A stretch of DNA of 64,000 bases, taken from Bacteroidota bacterium. Its GTDB lineage: Bacteria > Bacteroidota > Bacteroidia > Bacteroidales > GCA-2748055. Below the pieces are notes generated by a model. The model was not told the origin of the DNA, did not search any database, and was given only the letters and a program-made list of their open reading frames with translations. How positions within the stretch are numbered: position 1 is the first letter of the stretch; every line of letters begins with the position of its first letter. Location: positions 30,975-94,974 of the forward strand of contig JAIFNN010000058.1 of the NCBI GenBank assembly GCA_020047715.1, written 5' to 3'. Made by a program: the position numbers and the translations under genes. Of the stretch, positions 58,140 to 64,000 are shown piece by piece.

Positions 58140-59198
58140 ATGGAATTGAATCACGAAGTAGTTTTCTTCATAGCTTTTACCGTTTTTATTGTCTCGGTTC
58201 TTTTAGTCGATCTTTTATTGATAGGCCGCAAGCGCCATGTGCTCTCAACCATGGAAGCTGCTGTTTGGACAGGGGTTTGGGTTAGTTTTGCCATTGGATT
58301 CTACTTTCTCATTCTCCATTTTGGGGATATGCTTCACGATATTCGTTCCTTTTCCGACTTGCAGGCAGTTGCTGCCAAATTCGCCCCACACCTGAAATTC
58401 GCAAACGAAGATCTGACTCAGGGTCTTATTCAATACCGGAAAAATATGGCCACCGAGTATATCACCGGTTATCTTATCGAATATACGCTTTCTCTGGATA
58501 ATGTTTTTGTGATCCTAATGATTCTAACCGGTTTTTCTGTACCCGAAAAGAATTACAAAACGGTTCTTTTCTGGGGAATTCTCGGCGCAATTATCATGCG
58601 TTTTATATTTATCTTCCTGGGTGCTGCAATGGTTCAGAAATTCCAGTGGACGCTTATTCTCTTCGGAGCTTTTCTGATTTACAGCGGAGTTAAAATCTAT
58701 ATCGAAAGAAACAAGGAACAGAAAATAGAGGTCGACAAACATCCTATCGTAAGGGTTTTATCGAAATGGTTTAGGATTTATCCCAAATTCGAAGGGAATA
58801 AATTTATTCACAAAGAAAACAAGGTTTATTATATCACCCCGCTGTTAATTGTGCTTGTTGTTATTGAGTTCACCGACTTAATCTTTGCATTCGACAGTAT
58901 ACCTGCAATATTCTCGGTTACCCGTGACCCTTATATTGTTTTCTTTTCCAACATATTTGCGATCATCGGTTTGCGGTCTTTGTTCTTTCTGGTAATTAAG
59001 ATATTTTATCTGTTTACCTATCTTAAGGAGGGGATTTCAGTTCTTCTGATCTTTATCGGATTGAAACTGGTGTTTCATCATTTCCTCGACGACATCGGGT
59101 ACAAGAGCGTTTACTCGCTGTATTTCATTCTGGCGGTTTTGGTAGGAAGTATCGTTCTTTCTCTTCTATTTCCGAGAAAAAAGAAAGTGTTGCATTAG
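58140..59198 (+). CDS. TerC/Alx-family integral membrane protein
   Basis: YLIEYTLSLDNVFV and FAFDSIPAIF paired TerC motifs. ATG at 58140 (MELNHEVVFF...) preferred over 58053. Confidence 0.85.
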   Translation: MELNHEVVFFIAFTVFIVSVLLVDLLLIGRKRHVLSTMEAAVWTGVWVSFAIGFYFLILHFGDMLHDIRSFSDLQAVAAKFAPHLKFANEDLTQGLIQYRKNMATEYITGYLIEYTLSLDNVFVILMILTGFSVPEKNYKTVLFWGILGAIIMRFIFIFLGAAMVQKFQWTLILFGAFLIYSGVKIYIERNKEQKIEVDKHPIVRVLSKWFRIYPKFEGNKFIHKENKVYYITPLLIVLVVIEFTDLIFAFDSIPAIFSVTRDPYIVFFSNIFAIIGLRSLFFLVIKIFYLFTYLKEGISVLLIFIGLKLVFHHFLDDIGYKSVYSLYFILAVLVGSIVLSLLFPRKKKVLH

Positions 59199-59319
59199 CG
59201 TCCAGGTTTCTTAAATTTGCTATTACTCTGAGGTCCTCTGTGCCTCCTTCGTGAACCTTTGTGTAACATTCATTACAAATAAGGTTTAGGAGAAGGCATA
59301 TAGTTTCTCAGAAAAAAGA

Positions 59320-59508
59320 TTAACTTCTTTTCACAATACTCCATCCCCCTTTTAATCCGAAGATAAACCAGGTAAGACTTACCGTACCAAGCGCAAAGAG
59401 GGTGTCGCCAATTACTCTCAACCATTTGAAGGTGTGGATATGGGGTTGTTGAATAAACTTTGCAGAATGGCAAAGGAAATTACCATAACAGATGTGAAGC
59501 CGATCCAT
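59320..59508 (-). pseudogene. Possible remnant of the C-terminus of a quinol-type nitric oxide reductase (NorB / heme-copper oxidase family)
   Basis: ...FKWLRVIGDTLFALGTVSLTWFIFGLK resembles, from memory, the W-[ML]-R-x-P-G-D-x-x-F terminal helix of qNOR. Only about 60 codons are open, with no upstream body. Confidence 0.3.
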
Positions 59509-59638
59509 AGTTTTTTTGTTGTCATAGAGTTTCTTTTAAATAAATTGATAATTAGGTTTTTCAACGATTTACTTCGACAAATATATATTATTATTTATAA
59601 AACGACAAAAAGGTCTTTTAGTAAATACGAATTTATTT

Positions 59639-59646
59639 TATCTTTG
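59639..59646 (+). promoter_or_regulatory. Bacteroidota-type -7 box upstream of the Rrf2 regulator gene
   Basis: TATCTTTG, overlapped by one copy of the TTTGTCGAA repeat. Confidence 0.4.
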
Positions 59647-59676
59647 TCGAACTTCTGGGATTTAATAATAAGAACA

Positions 59677-60117
59677 TTGTTTAACAAGGAAACGGAATAC
59701 GCGCTAAGGGGCATGGTTTATATTCAGGTACAGAATATGAAGGACCGAAGACCCGGGATTGCCGAAATTTCAACAGAAATTGAAGCACCTCATTTTTTTA
59801 CTGCCAAAATTCTGCAACGGCTCGTTAAGATGGGATTTGTTAATTCAGCCAAAGGAAAGGGGGGAGGCTTTTATTTCGATGCTGACAAACCGGAGTTGCC
59901 TCTCAAAGACATTATTGTTGCCACCGAGGGGGGCAAGATTTTTACCGGCTGTGGGTTTGGTATGAAGCATTGTAGCGAGTCCAACCCCTGTCCTTTGCAT
60001 ACACAATATGCAACGATTCGGAATGAAATCGCCAAACTGGTTACTGAGGAAACCGTTCAAAGTCTTGCCAGAAAAACACTGGAAGGTAAAGGTGGAAGTT
60101 CTTATCTGGGGATATAG
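59677..60117 (+). CDS. Rrf2-family transcriptional regulator (NsrR/IscR-like, Cys-x6-Cys-x5-Cys)
   Basis: KETEYALRGMVYI... wHTH and CGFGMKHCSESNPCPLH cluster ligands. A TTG start at 59677 gives a typical 146-aa protein. The longer ORF-track start at 59434 has no Rrf2-like sequence. Confidence 0.8.
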   Translation: MFNKETEYALRGMVYIQVQNMKDRRPGIAEISTEIEAPHFFTAKILQRLVKMGFVNSAKGKGGGFYFDADKPELPLKDIIVATEGGKIFTGCGFGMKHCSESNPCPLHTQYATIRNEIAKLVTEETVQSLARKTLEGKGGSSYLGI

Positions 60118-60162
60118 ATTGGCGGGGCAAAACCTGCAAACATATCCTCTTCTCCCGGAAAA

Positions 60163-60558
60163 TCAGAAGTACTGCCCGATTGTGCCGTTTATCATTATCT
60201 TGAAAATGTTGATATGATACCACATCTTTGCATAAAAATATAGAAGAATTGTTAAACCAAGGGTGAATGTGAGGAGCAATCCTAGAGATCTTCCTGCCAG
60301 AGAATTTCCTGACTTAATAAATCTAACTGACGCTTTTGTTACCCAATCCTCCAGCTTCAGAAACAGAGGGTAGAATATTACCACAATAATACCCATTCCC
60401 ATCAGAGTAAATGACAGCGGTTTATAACTATTTTTGTAGCTTATCATGTAATCGCTGATTGCGCTGGTAAGCAGGCTGGCTGTTAGAATGGTCAGGGTTG
60501 TGACAACAAATCTGAATAAAAAACGATACATTGGATGCGTATTTATTTGCTTTGCCAA
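60163..60558 (-). CDS. Hypothetical small membrane protein (3-4 TM)
   Basis: Hydrophobic segments only. No recognised motif. Confidence 0.4.
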   Translation of the reverse strand: MAKQINTHPMYRFLFRFVVTTLTILTASLLTSAISDYMISYKNSYKPLSFTLMGMGIIVVIFYPLFLKLEDWVTKASVRFIKSGNSLAGRSLGLLLTFTLGLTILLYFYAKMWYHINIFKIMINGTIGQYF

Positions 60559-60690
60559 AAATATCGTTTTAATTTTATTTTATTTTTAAAAAACAGTAGG
60601 GATAGCAAAAAAGCGAACCAAATTATTTCGGATGAAAACGCCAAGGTAAAAAAGTAGTCGTAAAGTTAAAAACCACTTAAAACAAAGCGC

Positions 60691-61653
60691 ATGAAACGAA
60701 GGGATTTTATTAGAGCAACGGCACTTTCGGTTCCGTTGGCAGGTATGTTTCCGGCCGAGCTTCTTTCGATTGAACGTGAAATCAATGCCGGAAAGATTGA
60801 GAAAAGGTCTCTTGGAAAAACGGGGGTGAAGCTCTCTATGATTGGATTTGGCGGTATTGTGGTAATGGATGCAACACCCGACCAAGCTGCAGCCCGCGTT
60901 AAAGAAGCCATTGATTATGGGGTAAATTATTTTGATGTTGCTCCATCCTATGGAAATGCCGAGCAAATGCTGGGCCCCGCTCTCGAACCCTATCGAAAGG
61001 ATGTTTTTCTTGCATGCAAAACTGGGGAACGAGGAAGGGAAGGCTCAAGAAGGGAATTGGAACAGTCGCTTCGAAACCTCCGCACCGACCATTTCGACCT
61101 TTATCAACTTCATGCGGTTACCTCTATGCAGGATGTAGACGAAATATTTGGCCAGAATGGAGCGATTGAGACTTTTCTGGAAGCCCGAAATGAGGGTAAA
61201 GTACGGTTTCTGGGTTTTTCAGCCCATTCCGTTGAAGCAGCCCTCGAACTGATGAACCGGTTTGAATTCGACACGATTCTATTCCCCTTCAATTATGCCA
61301 CCTGGCATGCAGGGAACTTCGGACCGCAGGTAATGGAGAAAGCCAAAGAAAAGGGGATGGGAATCCTCGCCCTTAAGGCTATGGCAAAGCAGCCATGGTT
61401 GGAGGGAGCTACAAAAACTGTGGCCAAAACATGGTACGAGCCTTTCTCGGAGCCCGAAGACGCAAACAAGGGGCTTCGCTTTACCCTTAGCCACCCGGTT
61501 ACCGCAGCCATACCACCGGGGGATGAGAAACTGTTTTCACTTGCTTTGCGACTAGCTTTGGATTTTAAGCCGCTGAATGCAGGAGAAGTGGAAGAAATGA
61601 AGACTATGGGGCATCATGCCAAACCGCTGTTCCGTTACCCTATGCAGGGATAA
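60691..61653 (+). CDS. Aldo/keto reductase with an N-terminal twin-arginine (Tat) signal
   Basis: MKRRDFIRATALSVPLAG Tat motif. AKR motifs YFDVAPSYGNAE and FLACKTG, plus DLYQLHAV. Confidence 0.85.
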   Translation: MKRRDFIRATALSVPLAGMFPAELLSIEREINAGKIEKRSLGKTGVKLSMIGFGGIVVMDATPDQAAARVKEAIDYGVNYFDVAPSYGNAEQMLGPALEPYRKDVFLACKTGERGREGSRRELEQSLRNLRTDHFDLYQLHAVTSMQDVDEIFGQNGAIETFLEARNEGKVRFLGFSAHSVEAALELMNRFEFDTILFPFNYATWHAGNFGPQVMEKAKEKGMGILALKAMAKQPWLEGATKTVAKTWYEPFSEPEDANKGLRFTLSHPVTAAIPPGDEKLFSLALRLALDFKPLNAGEVEEMKTMGHHAKPLFRYPMQG

Positions 61654-61723
61654 TTTTGGTTCCCGGGACTTTTGGTATTGTCGACCAGGATTTATACCAA
61701 ATTGGAAAGATATCGAAATAGTA

Positions 61724-61766
61724 AACAAAGACAGGGAATGATCTTATTCTCTGTCTTTGTTTTTTG
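61724..61766. terminator. Bidirectional hairpin terminator between the AKR and sulfatase genes
   Basis: AACAAAGACAG / CTGTCTTTGTT 11-bp stem with a 16-nt loop, followed by TTTT on the + strand. Confidence 0.55.
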
Positions 61767-61784
61767 GCAGTTATCTGCGAAGAA

Positions 61785-63266
61785 TCAGGGATTTGCCTGA
61801 ATGGAGTATTTTTCAGTTGGTGTATGGGCCTCCGTCATTAACTTCAACATTTCATTTACACGGTCGGGAAATTTTTCCGCCAGATTATTTTGTTCCTTGG
61901 GATCTTCCTTGAGGTTGTAAAGTTCCATGGTGATTTTATCTGCACTTTTCACATCGTACCGTATCAACTTCCAATCGTCCTTCAGCACGGCCAGCCTTCC
62001 GTTCATCTCATAAAACTCCCAGTACAGGTAATCATGGTCTTTCTGGGTGTCAGAACCCAGAATCTCGGGTAGGAATGAAATGCCATCGGTTTTTTCAGGG
62101 ATTTCGATTCCTGCAATCTCCGCAAAAGTAGGCAACACATCCCAAAAAGCAGAGATGTGGTCGGTTGACGATCCTGCCTGAATTTTTCCCGGCCAGCTGG
62201 CGATCATGGGCACACGAATTCCCCCCTCGTACATGTCGCGTTTGTAACCTCTCAAGCCCCCGTTACTGCCAAAGAAATCAGGATCGGCGCCTGCTTCCCG
62301 ATGAGGACCATTGTCGGAAGTGAAAACAATAATCGTATTCTCTGTCAACCCCAGCTCGTTAACCAACTCCATAATCTCGCCCACATACAGGTCAAGCCTG
62401 CTAACCATAGCGGCAAATGCAGCCTTGGGAGTGGGCTGAGGAGCATATCCCTGGATTGAAAAGTCGGGAGATCCGTAATCATTACCCTCATGAACATTTT
62501 GTGGGTTACCTCCAAAAGGAGTCTCCTCAAAAACCCCTTTATACTTTTGGAGTAAACTGTCGTCTGGCACCAACAACTCCGCATGAGGCAACGCACACGG
62601 CACATAGAGGAAAAATGATGTGTCTTTATTTGCCTTTATAAAGTCAAGTACACGTGCCTGAATCACGTCCGGGGCATAGGTAACTTTATGGGTCCAGTCG
62701 TTGCCCCCGAGCATAAACTTATGTTCGTTCTCCCATAGATAAGTTGGATAATACCTGTGTGCATTTCTCTGGCAAAGCGGTCCGAAATACTGGTCGAAGC
62801 CCTGTTTGTTCGGACTCCCTTCGGTATCGGCCATTCCAAGACCCCATTTTCCAAACGCACCGGTCACATATCCTTGTGTTTTTAAAACCTCGGCAATAGT
62901 AAGGGCTTCAGCAGGGATGGGCTCCTGACCCTCGGGCTGAATCTCTGTATTTCCCCTGATATATGTGTGCCCGGTATGCAATCCCGTTAACAACGAAGAC
63001 CGCGAAGGCGCACAAACCGTTGACCCGGAGTAATGCCTCGTAAAAAGCATGCCTTGAGCCGCAAGTTTGTCGATATTTGGGGTTTTGATCTTTTCCTGCC
63101 CGTAACACCCCAGGTCGCCATACCCCAAATCGTCGGTAAGTATGTATATAATATTTGGCTTCGCGGGAATCGATGCGTTAGAGTCCAGGCGTGTTTTGGA
63201 ATGGGAACAGGCACCCAGGGATGCGGCCAGGGTTAATGCGGGCATGAAAAATTGGTTTGCCTTCAT
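61785..63266 (-). CDS. Arylsulfatase-family sulfatase (formylglycine type), lipoprotein
   Basis: CAPSRSSLLTG (C-x-P-x-R), DDLGYGDLG metal site, and lipobox SLGAC. Confidence 0.9.
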   Translation of the reverse strand: MKANQFFMPALTLAASLGACSHSKTRLDSNASIPAKPNIIYILTDDLGYGDLGCYGQEKIKTPNIDKLAAQGMLFTRHYSGSTVCAPSRSSLLTGLHTGHTYIRGNTEIQPEGQEPIPAEALTIAEVLKTQGYVTGAFGKWGLGMADTEGSPNKQGFDQYFGPLCQRNAHRYYPTYLWENEHKFMLGGNDWTHKVTYAPDVIQARVLDFIKANKDTSFFLYVPCALPHAELLVPDDSLLQKYKGVFEETPFGGNPQNVHEGNDYGSPDFSIQGYAPQPTPKAAFAAMVSRLDLYVGEIMELVNELGLTENTIIVFTSDNGPHREAGADPDFFGSNGGLRGYKRDMYEGGIRVPMIASWPGKIQAGSSTDHISAFWDVLPTFAEIAGIEIPEKTDGISFLPEILGSDTQKDHDYLYWEFYEMNGRLAVLKDDWKLIRYDVKSADKITMELYNLKEDPKEQNNLAEKFPDRVNEMLKLMTEAHTPTEKYSIQANP

Positions 63267-63471
63267 AATTTAGGTTTTAAACCCTTAGGGTTGGTTTTGA
63301 GTTGTTGAAGATACAGATTTTAAAAAAAATCAACCACGATTTTTAACTTGAAATTAGCAAAATCCATATCTTTAAAATCTGAAGAGTCATTAACCTCTTT
63401 AAAGGCCCCAGATAAACCTAAATTTGAAATTCTTTGCGGCGCAGCGTTTTCTTGTCTGGTAATTACTGTTC

Positions 63472-64000
63472 TTAGTGCAAAACCAGTCGCGTCAGTTCCC
63501 TTCCATCTTCGGATATTCCTTCCAGGATATACATGCCTGGGATATAGCCTGAAAGATCCAACTCAAAAAGGGAGGGTGGATTTTCGATTTCCCGGATCGG
63601 TTTGCCGTGTACATCCCTAATTCTCAGGATTTTAAGTTCCCCTTCAGAGCAAATCCGGACCTGCGATGAGGCTGGGTTTGGGTAAACACGTAAACCTGCT
63701 GTTTGCTTCGTGGGGATGCTTTCAATTTCGATAACCGGAACCGTTTGACTGATTTTAAGCTTTGGCAGGAGCTTCAGAACCCACTCCGAATATTGCACTC
63801 CACTTGGATGAAGTCCATCGTTGGCTACTAGTTGGGAATTGATAAGTCCTTGTCGGGAAATGCCGGTGATATCGGTATAGCTGATTTTATAAAATGCGGC
63901 AACTTTTTTGTTGATGGCGTTGTAGGCATCAATTTCCTGACTGATGGTCGGGCTTCCTCCACCAAAGGGCGTGTAAGCATAATCGGGGATGGATAGCATG
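63472..64000 (-). CDS. SGNH/GDSL-type hydrolase C-terminal part plus a T9SS C-terminal sorting domain, 5'-partial (N-terminus beyond the window)
   Basis: NDGLHPS (D-x-x-H catalytic motif of SGNH hydrolases), then LRVYPNPASSQVRI...GMYILEGISEDGRELTRLVLH, typical of a type A T9SS CTD. Confidence 0.7.
   Translation of the reverse strand, partial: MLSIPDYAYTPFGGGSPTISQEIDAYNAINKKVAAFYKISYTDITGISRQGLINSQLVANDGLHPSGVQYSEWVLKLLPKLKISQTVPVIEIESIPTKQTAGLRVYPNPASSQVRICSEGELKILRIRDVHGKPIREIENPPSLFELDLSGYIPGMYILEGISEDGRELTRLVLH

Noticed and set aside
59434-59676. N-terminal 81 codons of the 227-aa ORF-track version of the Rrf2 gene
   Set aside because: The Rrf2 wHTH begins at KETEYALRG, right after an in-frame TTG at 59677. 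The upstream part is AT-rich, overlaps the antisense NOR-like remnant and contains the predicted promoter. It is therefore treated as non-coding.
63348-63620. 90-aa plus-strand ORF between the sulfatase and the SGNH hydrolase genes
   Set aside because: It overlaps the T9SS C-terminal domain coding region on the minus strand, which has a clear family signature. The ORF itself has no motif.
1-64000. CRISPR arrays, IS elements, integrases, prophage genes and rRNA operons
   Set aside because: I read through all the intergenic regions and the ORF list. I found no regularly spaced direct repeats, no transposase or recombinase-like ORFs, and no rRNA-like sequence. The only tandem-like repetition is the coding low complexity in rplU.

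Overview
This is a gene-dense chromosomal segment that looks like Bacteroidota. Three things support that: the TAnnTTTG -7 promoter box recurs in front of many genes, T9SS components are present (a PorQ-like barrel and a T9SS C-terminal sorting domain), and the glycogen genes are the eukaryote-type GT3/GH133/GH13 set. I call about 57 protein-coding genes and one tRNA-Leu(UAG). I found no rRNA, CRISPR array, transposase or integrase.

Gene content runs in this order:
- 1-10.7 kb: a glycogen cluster with a debranching enzyme, a GT4, a GH57, a 1413-aa glycogen-synthase/alpha-glucan-phosphorylase fusion, and a branching enzyme.
- 10.7-26 kb: housekeeping genes ribF, ahcY, greA, ruvC, serS, rpmA and rplU, a NupC transporter, and a soluble multi-PAS hybrid histidine kinase.
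- 27-31 kb: a processive-type GT2 translationally coupled to an orphan importer-type ABC permease, followed by a convergent ABC-2 exporter.
- 31-48 kb: recQ, a 570-bp unexplained spacer, tatC, lptB, tRNA-Leu, tig-clpP-clpX, porQ-cmk-ispH, pfkA and priA.
- 48.4-54.4 kb: a lower-GC accessory stretch with DUF4249, a TonB-dependent receptor, a small outer-membrane barrel, a ParDE module and a HEPN/nucleotidyltransferase module.
- 54.5-64 kb: a heptose kinase, metA, a transsulfuration enzyme, TerC, a possible remnant of a nitric-oxide-reductase gene beside an Rrf2 regulator, a Tat-signal aldo/keto reductase, a sulfatase, and a T9SS-sorted SGNH hydrolase.

I did not find a clear novel multi-gene system of the defense-island type. 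The most interesting items are the GT3-GT35 fusion, the GT2/orphan-permease pair, the 570-bp spacer upstream of tatC, the NOR remnant next to Rrf2, and the Tat-signal aldo/keto reductase. All functional calls come from motif recognition by eye, since no database search was run.
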